DNA from: a virus
Length of the DNA: 64,000 bases
Virus record (IMG/VR): IMGVR_UViG_3300045988_171772
Span: 128,001 to 192,000 of that record
Direction: 5' to 3' (one strand)
The notes under the pieces were generated by a model. The model was given only the letters and a program-made list of their open reading frames with translations. It did no database searches and was not told the DNA's origin. This document shows, piece by piece, positions 46,466 to 56,249 of this stretch. Made by a program: the position numbers and the translations under genes. Every line of letters begins with the position of its first letter. Position 1 is the stretch's first letter.

Positions 46466-49400
46466 ATGGAAAAAGCATATTTTGGTATGAATACACTCCG
46501 TGTGACATATGGCCCTCATGGGAATAAATCCCACAAGAATTCTTGGGCTATTGACCTCGGTGGTGCAGATACCGGAATCGACCCTTTTTATGCTCCCTAT
46601 ACGGGAATCGTCCGTAGACTGAGATCCAATTCGAATGAATTGTGGTTTGAGTCTTCCGAACCTGTCCAGTGGGCTGATGGTACCCAGGACTATGTAACCA
46701 TCATGATGGTCCATGCCAACTCTGTACCGGTAGCATCTGGTCAGACTGTGAAGCAGGGTGAGCATCTCTACAATGAAGGTACCAAAGGAAATGCCACTGG
46801 TAACCATATCCACTTCGAAGTGGGTAAGGGTAAATTCGTTTCTCCCTATGGCTGGTATGACAATGGCAAGGGTGACGATGGATCCTCTGTGTGGAATATC
46901 TACAATCAGGTGGATCCTACCAGAGTATTCTTCCTGAAGAAAGATACCAAAATCATGGCCGTTGGTTCAGATAACACCACTGGTGCTTCTCTGAATTGGA
47001 AGGTGGATGATGGTACCACTCCTGGTACTCTGGAGAAAAATTCGTATTTCACCGTCGGTGTTGGAAATATGGAGTATTTCAGCACCACGGATGTCAATTC
47101 GAATCTGGGATATCTGGAGAATGGAAGAACCTACATTGCCTATGACTCTTATGTGGGATCTGATTATACCTGGTGGAGATTCCGTCATCCTGATGGGAAT
47201 CTCTATTGGACTGCCATGATCTGGAATCGCTGCAGTGCCTATGGTACCATTGCGGAAACCAAGATTGATGGTAAGGTGGCAGTGGCTTCTTCTGAGACTG
47301 CTCTGTATAATTCTCCGGATCCCTTCAATGTCGCCAATTCTGTCTTGCCTTCCAATAGTCGGACTCCGATCTATTCTCAGGCGAATCTGACTCTGTATAA
47401 TAAGACCTGGTATAGCATCCAGGTAGGTGGGAAAATCTATTGGGTTCCTTCCGATAGTATCAGTATTGAAGATACATCTTGGGAAGATCTGCTGACGACT
47501 CTTCCCTCTGGTAGCACTCTGACCACCATTGTGGATGGCGTCTACTATTATTCGGAGCCCAATCCGAGTAAGGCAATCTCTCAGCTGCAGTTGGGTACCA
47601 CACTCACTGCTACCAGACAGTCTTGGACTGGCATCATGAATTACAATTGGTATGAAGCGATGCTGGAAGATGGGACTCTGGTCTATATTGTGGTCAACGA
47701 TACCCAGGTCACTCTTACTAAGGGTGGTGGAGGAACTGTGGATCCTCCGACAGATCCTGGTGACTATACCACCGAGATTACTGGTATTGACGTATCGAAA
47801 TACCAGAGTGATATCAACTGGGATCAGGTGAGAGGAGACCCTCAGAATATTCAGTTTGCATTCATTCGTGCTGTCTCTACTCGAGATGCAACCGCTCCCT
47901 ATGTGGATGAATACCTGATTCAGAATATGCAGGGTGCTCAGGCTGCTGGTATTCCGTATGGTGTCTACATTTTCACATACGGTGACAATGAAGCTGAGAT
48001 TGATGCAGAAGTGGATCTGTGTATCAATCAGCTCTCTGGTTTCAATGTCACTTATCCGGTGGCTTGGGACTTTGAGGCAGATAACTTCAAGGATACTTCC
48101 AAGAAGGAATACAATACAGATCTGATTCTGTATGCTCTGAGAAGAATCCAGAAGCGTGGATATCTTCCCATCTTATATACCTACTACAACATGATCAAGA
48201 ATTACGTGAATTATAATCGTATTCTTGAGAATGGGTTTGATATCTGGATTGCAGACTATCGTGGATACAATGGATTTGTCAATGAAGGTGGTAAGTGTAC
48301 CATCTGGCAGTATACCTCTTCTGGCAGTGTCAATGGTATCTCTGGTAGATGTGATATGGATACTTCTTATTTCGATTATCATCGGTATATCACCGACAAT
48401 GGTTGGAATAATGGAGCTACTTCTCAGTGGCCTTCGGAAGAATTCTATGGATATCTGACCATCAATGCTTCCAATGCAGAAGCATTCCCGTATCCCTCTG
48501 TCAATGCAGAAGGCAATTACTTCCTGCTGAATGGCGCAAGCTATTCTGTCATTGGTAAGTGCACTTCTGAGATTGAAGGATACACCTGGTATCTGATCAA
48601 GGACAATAACCTGATCCGGTATGTGCCCTTCCTTGGAGATCGTATGACTCTGACAGAAGGGAACTTCATCACTTCCAGTTATCGTTTCTATAAGACAACT
48701 ACGAAAACTTGGTTGTCTAACTATGAGACGATGGAATACTTCGATGAACCCAATGTCAATACTCAGCTGGGTTATCTGACAAGGAATAGCCCCTATGAAG
48801 TATTTGGTATTCTGGTGGATGTGGTCAATGATTACAAGTTCGTCATCATCAAGATGGACTCTGGCTATCATTACTGTGTCGACTTCTCGAAGGATGATAA
48901 GTGCTTCCTCTATGAGAGTGAAGACAGATATCCTCTGGATACTGTCCAGTCTGGTACCAAGCTGACCACCAATCAGGAATGGATTGGGTATTGGGAGATC
49001 CCCTCTACCTATGACAATAGTCCTCTGGAATTCCTGGATCCTGGAAAATACTACGATGTCGTCGGTAAGCTGAAATATCAGTATGACCGAAAGACATGGT
49101 ATGCCGTCAACATTCCGGATGTGGGAATCTACTATGTCATGGATGATGGCAAGAGCACCATCGTCCAGAATCAGTATAACATTCCGTATGACTATCAGCC
49201 TGTCGAGAATACCAATATCGAGATCTGTGCTGCTACCAATGGATATACATCCTGCGATGAATCTTCCACCGGTACTCCTCTGGTCATTGATAAGGTATAC
49301 TCTGTCTTTGGTAAGATTACGGATTCCTCTGTGTCTGGTGAATGGTACATTATCATTCAGAATGATGCAGCTGTGTATGTCAAGAATACTGAGAATGCTA

Positions 49401-51307
49401 CTCTGATCTATACTGGAGAAGCCTATCAGAGAACCGAATGCACAGATTATTTCATTCCGAATGCAGAAGCTACCTACTATGACAGTCCTTCTACCAATCC
49501 GGATGCTTCCACTGTCAAGGGTACTCTTGAGAAAGGTACTGTGATCAAGCTCAGCGCTAAGATCAATCGTACCATGGTTGGTGGTGTCTTCTATGCATTC
49601 ACCATGAATGAACAGACATTCTACACCAATCCGGAAGCAGTGCAGAGCTTTGTCGGTACCTTTGATCTGGAGTATGAACCTCCTGAGATTGGATTCTATC
49701 TCCAGACTACTGTGGGTATTGACTATCGCTCAGTTCCTCATAACTATGCAGCTGCTATGGGTAGAGTGGAAGCTAATGTCCGTCTCCATGCTCCTCTGAA
49801 GATGAAGAATAGTGCTGATGGAAATACCTGGTGGGCAATTGCTTCCAGTAATCAGCAGTATGTCTTTATCATGGATGATGATACTCTGACTTCTGGGTAT
49901 CAGTATACCATTGAGGATATGGACAGTAACTTCTATTGCACAAGTGAAACCGCCAATGTGGTGATCTACTCTCATTGTGCCACTGATCCGGATAGCGTCA
50001 AGGCGATTGTCGAAGCTCCGGCAGAAGTCCTGGTCTATGGTAAGGTAACTGACTTTGAATATCCGGAATGGTATGCTACCACTCTGGAAGATGGAACGGT
50101 TGGTTACATCTGTGCCAATGAGAATTACAAATTTGATTATCAATATAACATCTATCAGCTGAGTGACTATGCTCATGCTAGAGTGTCTCAGAAGGTTACT
50201 GTCTATGAGAGACCCTCTGTGAAATCCACCGTCGTGAAAGAACTTGATGTGGGCGAATACTCGGTTGAGTTTATGGTGGGTGGAGATGGTACTGTGGATG
50301 GTACCTGGCTGATGATCGATGATGATCAGTTTGTCCAGACTGGTTCTACTGTCACTCTGGTGTATATCTATCCTTCGAATGTCGTCTCTAAGTTCCTTGT
50401 GATTAATGTCACAGGCGCAGATGGACTGAAGGCATACACCTATGCAGATCCCGCAGCTTCTACCACTATCATTCCCTATGGCATTCAGGTGAAGCCTACT
50501 TCCACCTTTGAAGCCAATGGTCATACTTGGTATACTATCAATTATGCTGGTAGTGTCTACTATGTCATGAGTGATGATCCGAATATGACTCTGATGAATG
50601 TGTATGATCAGAATCCGGTTACTGAAGGATTCTGTGCACATGTATTGGCAGATGGTGTTCTGATCTATAATGATCCCTCTACGATGGAAACTTCTATCGA
50701 ATTGGATAAGGATCAGTATTATCAGATCAGCTCTTCTCTGGTGGATGAAATCAACTCCAAATATTGGTATTCTCTCATCTTCATGGGCCAGGCCTATTAT
50801 ATGATGAAAGATCAGATCAATGTGGAATTCCTCTATAAATATCCTTCTACTCCGATGGATACTGGAATCTTCCTCCAGCCTCTGATCGATGACTACGAGA
50901 TTGTCAATAACCCCATTGACAAGGAAGTGGTTGGTACGATCGATACTTCTACTTCGATTGAGGTATTGGAGAAATTGGATACCCAGTATGATGGTTGCAC
51001 TTGGTATATGGTCCACTATAATGACCAGTATTCCTATGTCAATGTCAATGCTGATGGCACCAATGCTCGTATCTATGATGCAGAAGCAGATTCCTATCTG
51101 AGAGAGTTGAAGAAGATTCTGGCTAGTCTCCAGACTCAGAAAGAGTCTATTACTCAGCAGCAGGATTACATTGCTGAATTGAGCAATGCTCTGGATGCTA
51201 TCGAGGAATCTACCAATACTCTGGCTACCTCTGTGAGCTCTACTATTGAGAATCTCCAGAAGGTGATTACCAAGATGGAAGAAGACGCCGCTGATGGCAA
51301 TCCGTAA
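46466..51307 (+). CDS. giant virion-associated peptidoglycan hydrolase: M23 peptidase + GH25 muramidase + about 14 SH3b-like repeats + C-terminal coiled coil
   Basis: M23 motifs HKNSWAID and GNHIHFE. GH25-like block ITGIDVSKYQSDINWDQV...FAFIRA...GIPYGVYIFTY...WDFE. A recurrent about 90-aa module ends in W(Y/W)x(I/V)...G..YY(V/M). Confidence 0.8.
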   Translation: MEKAYFGMNTLRVTYGPHGNKSHKNSWAIDLGGADTGIDPFYAPYTGIVRRLRSNSNELWFESSEPVQWADGTQDYVTIMMVHANSVPVASGQTVKQGEHLYNEGTKGNATGNHIHFEVGKGKFVSPYGWYDNGKGDDGSSVWNIYNQVDPTRVFFLKKDTKIMAVGSDNTTGASLNWKVDDGTTPGTLEKNSYFTVGVGNMEYFSTTDVNSNLGYLENGRTYIAYDSYVGSDYTWWRFRHPDGNLYWTAMIWNRCSAYGTIAETKIDGKVAVASSETALYNSPDPFNVANSVLPSNSRTPIYSQANLTLYNKTWYSIQVGGKIYWVPSDSISIEDTSWEDLLTTLPSGSTLTTIVDGVYYYSEPNPSKAISQLQLGTTLTATRQSWTGIMNYNWYEAMLEDGTLVYIVVNDTQVTLTKGGGGTVDPPTDPGDYTTEITGIDVSKYQSDINWDQVRGDPQNIQFAFIRAVSTRDATAPYVDEYLIQNMQGAQAAGIPYGVYIFTYGDNEAEIDAEVDLCINQLSGFNVTYPVAWDFEADNFKDTSKKEYNTDLILYALRRIQKRGYLPILYTYYNMIKNYVNYNRILENGFDIWIADYRGYNGFVNEGGKCTIWQYTSSGSVNGISGRCDMDTSYFDYHRYITDNGWNNGATSQWPSEEFYGYLTINASNAEAFPYPSVNAEGNYFLLNGASYSVIGKCTSEIEGYTWYLIKDNNLIRYVPFLGDRMTLTEGNFITSSYRFYKTTTKTWLSNYETMEYFDEPNVNTQLGYLTRNSPYEVFGILVDVVNDYKFVIIKMDSGYHYCVDFSKDDKCFLYESEDRYPLDTVQSGTKLTTNQEWIGYWEIPSTYDNSPLEFLDPGKYYDVVGKLKYQYDRKTWYAVNIPDVGIYYVMDDGKSTIVQNQYNIPYDYQPVENTNIEICAATNGYTSCDESSTGTPLVIDKVYSVFGKITDSSVSGEWYIIIQNDAAVYVKNTENATLIYTGEAYQRTECTDYFIPNAEATYYDSPSTNPDASTVKGTLEKGTVIKLSAKINRTMVGGVFYAFTMNEQTFYTNPEAVQSFVGTFDLEYEPPEIGFYLQTTVGIDYRSVPHNYAAAMGRVEANVRLHAPLKMKNSADGNTWWAIASSNQQYVFIMDDDTLTSGYQYTIEDMDSNFYCTSETANVVIYSHCATDPDSVKAIVEAPAEVLVYGKVTDFEYPEWYATTLEDGTVGYICANENYKFDYQYNIYQLSDYAHARVSQKVTVYERPSVKSTVVKELDVGEYSVEFMVGGDGTVDGTWLMIDDDQFVQTGSTVTLVYIYPSNVVSKFLVINVTGADGLKAYTYADPAASTTIIPYGIQVKPTSTFEANGHTWYTINYAGSVYYVMSDDPNMTLMNVYDQNPVTEGFCAHVLADGVLIYNDPSTMETSIELDKDQYYQISSSLVDEINSKYWYSLIFMGQAYYMMKDQINVEFLYKYPSTPMDTGIFLQPLIDDYEIVNNPIDKEVVGTIDTSTSIEVLEKLDTQYDGCTWYMVHYNDQYSYVNVNADGTNARIYDAEADSYLRELKKILASLQTQKESITQQQDYIAELSNALDAIEESTNTLATSVSSTIENLQKVITKMEEDAADGNP

Positions 51308-51320
51308 GTAAACCCTATTA

Positions 51321-51362
51321 AGACCCTCATGGATGATTGGATTCCATGAGGGTCTATTTTTA
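51321..51362 (+). terminator. intrinsic terminator (AGACCCTCATGGA / TCCATGAGGGTCT)
   Basis: 13-bp stem followed by ATTTTT. Confidence 0.65.
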
Positions 51363-51439
51363 CTATTCTAAAACATCCGGTTAATGCTATAGCACTTACA
51401 ATGACTCTTTTATCCTATAAAAAGGAGCTGATATCAGCA

Positions 51440-52420
51440 ATGAGTTCGATTCATTACATCAAAGACAAACTCGGTCTTCAGGATCGTGGGTTTGTCGAAG
51501 TGAGCGATCAGGTCGCTGTTGAAATGAAGCGCAGACACATCCCTACTTTTAGAGGAGTCCTCTATGAGAAGGATGAGTTTGGCAATCTTCTCTTTGTGAA
51601 AGAGAATACTGTGGTTCTGGGTGGTTCGATCAATGCACTGGAGAAACTCTTCGGTGTCTTTGCCGAATATCGTCCCAGTTCTTTGACCACACTGTATCGG
51701 AGTTCTCTGACCTTCCCGTCAGATCTGGCTTCTACCTACAACGATTCTTGGGAGAGAGATCATGATCATGAGTGCCACATCGCTCTGTTTGGTGTTGGCA
51801 CTGGTGGCTGTGCTCTGGATATCTCCGCTGTCTATAAACCTGACTTCAAGCAGAATACTCTGAATACAGATGATTCTGTGGAAGAAGGTCAGACTGGTAA
51901 CTGGATTCCTCTTCGCGTATCTCCTCAGGCAAGTCTGGATAGCCCTGGAGTTCTTCCGGGTACTGACAATGCTGTGGAGAGAGCGAAGTATCATTTCCGT
52001 CTGCCACTCTCTACCGAAACTGGTACCATGTATGGTTGGTATCTGAAAGAGTTTGAGAGTGAGCCCACCATCAAATCTCTGTGGAAGAATGCTCCGGATC
52101 TGTCTAAGGATGGTACCGAGATTACTTCTGACAGTGATCTGGCCACTGGTCCTGATGGTGTCGGCATCGAAAGCTTTGGTGAGGTTGTTATTCACATTTC
52201 TGCTGACGATGTCCGCGATTACTTTGTCTCTACTGGATCTACCGAAGTTCCTCGTTTCAACTCACTGGGTCTCTTCAGTGGTGTGAAGCGTGAGGCTGTG
52301 GATGGAGAGTATGCGGAATACTACAATGTCCGCCTTGTCTCTGTCGTCAACTTCGAGAATGTTGCCAAGAGACTGAAGACCGATTCTACATACGTTTATC
52401 GTATCTACTCAGCTCTGTAA
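51440..52420 (+). CDS. abundant structural protein (326 aa), tail-tube or other major virion component (guess)
   Basis: ATG at 51440 lies 12 nt after AAGGAG; GC3/CTG-biased codons like the capsid gene. Confidence 0.65.
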   Translation: MSSIHYIKDKLGLQDRGFVEVSDQVAVEMKRRHIPTFRGVLYEKDEFGNLLFVKENTVVLGGSINALEKLFGVFAEYRPSSLTTLYRSSLTFPSDLASTYNDSWERDHDHECHIALFGVGTGGCALDISAVYKPDFKQNTLNTDDSVEEGQTGNWIPLRVSPQASLDSPGVLPGTDNAVERAKYHFRLPLSTETGTMYGWYLKEFESEPTIKSLWKNAPDLSKDGTEITSDSDLATGPDGVGIESFGEVVIHISADDVRDYFVSTGSTEVPRFNSLGLFSGVKREAVDGEYAEYYNVRLVSVVNFENVAKRLKTDSTYVYRIYSAL

Positions 52421-52427
52421 TCTTTAT

Positions 52428-52480
52428 ACCCTGATTATCCTGGGAATTATATTCTCTAAGATAATCAGGGTTTATTTTTA
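52428..52480 (+). terminator. intrinsic terminator (ACCCTGATTATC / GATAATCAGGGT)
   Basis: 12-bp stem followed by TTATTTTTAT. Confidence 0.6.
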
Positions 52481-52509
52481 TAGAAAGATCATACAAAATT
52501 CTTAAGTTT

Positions 52510-52597
52510 GCTGGTGTGTCCGAGTGGTTTAAGGAAGCAGTCTTGAAAACTGTCGGCTCGAGAGGGTCCGTGGGTTCAAATCCTACCACCAGCGCCA
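52510..52597 (+). tRNA. type II tRNA-Ser (anticodon UGA), CCA encoded
   Basis: Acceptor GCTGGTG/CACCAGC, anticodon stem GCAGT/ACTGT, loop CTTGAAA, long variable arm, T-arm GTGGG-TTCAAAT-CCTAC. Confidence 0.9.
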
Positions 52598-52670
52598 TAT
52601 ACTTTCTATAGAGTCATTCAAGAAAACACCTAGGTTAAGATATACCTTAACGCAAAGCAGGTGAACTTGA

Positions 52671-53426
52671 ATGGCTCTATATACATTGTCTGAGATGGTA
52701 CAAGTCATTCTTGAGGATATCGGTATTGCCGATTTGCCTATTATCGAAACCGTTGGTATGGATAAGATCGTACAGAGATTGGAGAATTCTGCTCTGAAAG
52801 AATTCTCTGTGCGTTATCCCTATATCAAACACTTCGAAATGAATGATGAATGCCTTCTTCATAAGAATCAAGATGATGCCTTCTATAGCACCACAAAAGG
52901 AATTGATTATGTCATTCCTAGAGAAGAGTATGAAGGTCATCAACTCTTAGGTATTGCCAACATTGTCACCAATGCTGTATCTGGATATAATGATTCGTAT
53001 ATTCCCTATACGTATTCTTTCTCTCCGGATGCAATGATCAATATGTTTTCAGACATTCAAATGACTGCTGATCTTGGAAGAATGATGGCAAAATCTATGA
53101 CTTGGGAATTCACCAAGCCCAATAAGATTCGTCTGTATAATGGATGGCTCTCTGGTAAGTATGATGTGTCCATGATGCTGACACATGATACTTCTCTCTC
53201 TACCATTCCTGATACAGCGCTTACTCATTTCAGAAAGCTTGCAACCTATGATGTGGAGTGGTTCCTCTATAATCGCTTCAAGAGATTGCAGAATCTGGAT
53301 GTCGGTATCGGTAACTTCGAATTGAAGATTGATGACTGGGCGGATGCTCAGGACAAGTTCCGTCAATATCTGGATGATATTGATGAAGAAGGGAATCTCG
53401 ATATCGACTCCATCACCTATTTCTAA
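52671..53426 (+). CDS. hypothetical protein (251 aa), probably structural
   Basis: AGGTGA SD upstream of ATG. Confidence 0.75.
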   Translation: MALYTLSEMVQVILEDIGIADLPIIETVGMDKIVQRLENSALKEFSVRYPYIKHFEMNDECLLHKNQDDAFYSTTKGIDYVIPREEYEGHQLLGIANIVTNAVSGYNDSYIPYTYSFSPDAMINMFSDIQMTADLGRMMAKSMTWEFTKPNKIRLYNGWLSGKYDVSMMLTHDTSLSTIPDTALTHFRKLATYDVEWFLYNRFKRLQNLDVGIGNFELKIDDWADAQDKFRQYLDDIDEEGNLDIDSITYF

Positions 53427-53448
53427 GAATAGGGATCGATGTCATATT

Positions 53449-53512
53449 TATGGATATCTGCCTACAAAGATTATGAAAAGATCTTATGTGGGTAGATATC
53501 CATATTATGTCT
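53449..53512 (+). terminator. 18-bp hairpin terminator
   Basis: TATGGATATCTGCCTACA pairs with TGTGGGTAGATATCCATA (two G-U pairs). Confidence 0.5.
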
Positions 53513-53599
53513 TTGACATCAAAAATAAAAGAGAAAATTCTGTATATTATTCTCTTGAAATAGAGAAGGAAACTCTATAAAACCAGAAAGGAATTCACT

Positions 53600-54376
53600 A
53601 TGGAAGCGAAGAAAACCAAGATCTATTACCCTCTGAAGAATAAGGAAGGGAAGCCGATCACCATCTGTGGCCTTCCGGTCTTTACCTTTTCCAACAATGA
53701 GGGAAAACGGAAGAAGCCGGCCGTATATGGGTATACGGGAGAGACCTATGGAGTCGACAAAGATCCCAAAGCATTCAATATGAAGTGTGACATGCGCTTC
53801 ATTCCGATTACCCCTGCAGTCCGGAAGCTGTTTGATGACAATCCGGAACTGATTCGTGTGGCTGGTACCATCATGGGGACCAGCTATTATCTGGTCCCCT
53901 TTGTGGCTCCGGATTGGTTTATCTGCAAGACCAACTTCCGGATGGCACAGATGTGGATTGCAGAAAGCTTTCTCACCACTCCCTCGAACTCCTATGGTGG
54001 TGGCGGAAGTTATATGGCTCTTCCTCTCAACTTCCTCATTGCTCTCTGTGATGAGCTGAAGGTTGATCCGAAGACTAAATCGGCTGCTATCACTCTGGCA
54101 TCCCATGCGATCGTCAAGGTCAATGGAAGTGCTATGCATACGCAGTATGACTCCAATACTATCTCGATGTTGGAGTATTCTGCCAGCATGAATTCCATCC
54201 TTGCAGTCCTCTTCCGTACTTCTCACAAGAAGCTGAGTCTTACGGAATACAAACTCACCAAGAAGGTCGTTGCGTATGATTGCAAGATCGTCAAGAAAGT
54301 GAAGAAGGTTTCTGTTCCTGAGGAGCAGACCCAGAAAAAGAAAAAGAAGAAACCCGTCACACAAAAAGCCAAGTAA
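53600..54376 (+). CDS. hypothetical protein with poly-lysine C-terminus (258 aa)
   Basis: GAAAGGA SD upstream of ATG. Confidence 0.75.
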   Translation: MEAKKTKIYYPLKNKEGKPITICGLPVFTFSNNEGKRKKPAVYGYTGETYGVDKDPKAFNMKCDMRFIPITPAVRKLFDDNPELIRVAGTIMGTSYYLVPFVAPDWFICKTNFRMAQMWIAESFLTTPSNSYGGGGSYMALPLNFLIALCDELKVDPKTKSAAITLASHAIVKVNGSAMHTQYDSNTISMLEYSASMNSILAVLFRTSHKKLSLTEYKLTKKVVAYDCKIVKKVKKVSVPEEQTQKKKKKKPVTQKAK

Positions 54377-54389
54377 GGAGGGCTTTTAA

Positions 54390-55085
54390 ATGGATAAAAA
54401 CGATAATTTCGATCAGAAGAATCTGAATGAAGAACCCACCAATGAGCCTGTCAAACACTCTAAGATCGTTGAGGCAATGATCAATTCCAGCGATGATCCT
54501 GAGAAGGATAGAAAAGAGTGGGATGAAATATCCAAGGGTCTTCAGGAGTCCAAAGAGGACTTCAAGAATATGAAGAAGGACTTCGACAAAATGGTGGATG
54601 AAACCAACAAGAACTTCGAGAAGGCAAAGCCGAAGACTCTCATGGAGAAGGTTATCCACTTTGGTATCCTTCTGTTTGTCATCGCCATCATCGTTGGTAT
54701 CTTCCGCAGCTGTGCTGCTAACACTCCGGAGAACCGAGCCATCAATACTGCGAAGGACATGATCTTCTCGGATTATGGTGAAAGCAACTTCGAGATCTAT
54801 GTCGACACTTCCTTGGAGAATGTCGAGTGGGAAGCTGAGAATCTGGGCAATGACAGATGGGCCGTCTACATGAACGGTTACTCTCCCAAGTATGACATCC
54901 AGTTGATGACCCAGATGGTTATTACGGATGAAGGCGATAGCTATAGTGGTGAGATCGTCTATGTCGAAGTGGATGGCGTTGGGTATTCTGATTACGACAG
55001 TATCCGGTATGCCTTGGCTGTAATCTACGATCGCGTAAACCAGGAGTTTGTCTCTGACTATATGGGATATCTCCTCGGCTTCTAA
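54390..55085 (+). CDS. single-pass membrane protein (231 aa)
   Basis: TAAGGAGGG SD; TM segment FGILLFVIAIIVGIF. Confidence 0.75.
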   Translation: MDKNDNFDQKNLNEEPTNEPVKHSKIVEAMINSSDDPEKDRKEWDEISKGLQESKEDFKNMKKDFDKMVDETNKNFEKAKPKTLMEKVIHFGILLFVIAIIVGIFRSCAANTPENRAINTAKDMIFSDYGESNFEIYVDTSLENVEWEAENLGNDRWAVYMNGYSPKYDIQLMTQMVITDEGDSYSGEIVYVEVDGVGYSDYDSIRYALAVIYDRVNQEFVSDYMGYLLGF

Positions 55086-55098
55086 TCCATTAGCACAA

Positions 55099-55146
55099 AA
55101 TGCCCGGTATGAGGTTTATGATTCCTCATACCGGGCATTCTTTTTA
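55099..55146. terminator. bidirectional terminator (AATGCCCGGTATGAGG / CCTCATACCGGGCATT)
   Basis: 16-bp stem between convergent genes. Confidence 0.7.
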
Positions 55147-56127
55147 TTCGTAATCCAGGATATAGTCTCTTCCCAGATTGTCTGTCACTGTGCCAAGATC
55201 ATCATGGACTGTAAAGCTGAGATCTTCAACATGAGACGGAAGAGGATAATCCGGGATTTCAACACCTTGATCATCCTTAGCCACCAGTCTTTTTGATCCA
55301 GTCTCATTATCAATGACACAATGAATCTGGATATTTCTTCCTTCATACTGAAGATATATATCTCCCTCTGAAGGAGTTTCTTCTCCAAAAATCTGTTGAA
55401 TCTGAGCATCATCGTCAATGGATCCAGCGCTATTGGAGTTATCCGTAGAATTAGTAATCTCATCACTATTGACAGTGACTGTATTAGGACCACCACTGAA
55501 GAGTTGCTGAATTGCCATAGAAGCACTCAGAGAAGCATCTTCCTGAGCACTATTCTTAGCTTCCATTTTCAGCTTCAGATCCGCAACCGTCTTCTTGATG
55601 TTATTTTGCTCCTTTATAGCACTCAGTTTGGTACTATAGAGAGAAGACTGAGCAGAGATTAAATCCGACATTGCCTTGAAATTACGAGATCTTGATACTC
55701 TCATATTGGCAATGTCTCGACCGACACTCTGAATATCGCTATCCAGATCGGTGATCATCTTTTTCAATGCACTTTCTTGTGGAATGAATTGTGCCTGAAT
55801 GTCAGATACTTCCTTACTTCCACCTTCATGTGCATACTTTCTTCCAAGTGAGATCAGATTATTCTGTAACTCTATATCGGAATCATCATCTGTGAATCCA
55901 TCAAAGATATCATCCATATTGAAGAATTCATCTTCAGAGAAGTCTTGATCAACTCCCTTGATGATCTCTTTGACATCCATATCATAATCGTCAAGCTGCT
56001 TCTTGGAATCCTCTTTGTGAGTATCCATAAACTTCTTGACGGTACCGACACCAGAATCGGATTCCTCCAGTGAAAGCGGCGGGATCGCTTTCATAGAATC
56101 TAAGAGTCTGCTCATAGTTTCCTTCAT
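55144..56127 (-). CDS. hypothetical protein (327 aa)
   Basis: AAGGAGGG upstream; the first or second ATG could be the start. Confidence 0.7.
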   Translation of the reverse strand: MKETMSRLLDSMKAIPPLSLEESDSGVGTVKKFMDTHKEDSKKQLDDYDMDVKEIIKGVDQDFSEDEFFNMDDIFDGFTDDDSDIELQNNLISLGRKYAHEGGSKEVSDIQAQFIPQESALKKMITDLDSDIQSVGRDIANMRVSRSRNFKAMSDLISAQSSLYSTKLSAIKEQNNIKKTVADLKLKMEAKNSAQEDASLSASMAIQQLFSGGPNTVTVNSDEITNSTDNSNSAGSIDDDAQIQQIFGEETPSEGDIYLQYEGRNIQIHCVIDNETGSKRLVAKDDQGVEIPDYPLPSHVEDLSFTVHDDLGTVTDNLGRDYILDYE

Positions 56128-56249
56128 ACCCTCCTTAGAATCTCCAGAGGATAGAAATCCTCAATCGTAAAATTACAAAAGTGTTAAAAGTCATGAACTT
56201 TCAAGATTTTGCATATATCATATCCATATGAAAGCAGGAGGTAAAGACT

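Noticed and set aside
52386-52598. 70-aa minus-strand ORF
   Set aside because: It is the antisense translation of tRNA-Ser and its flanks.
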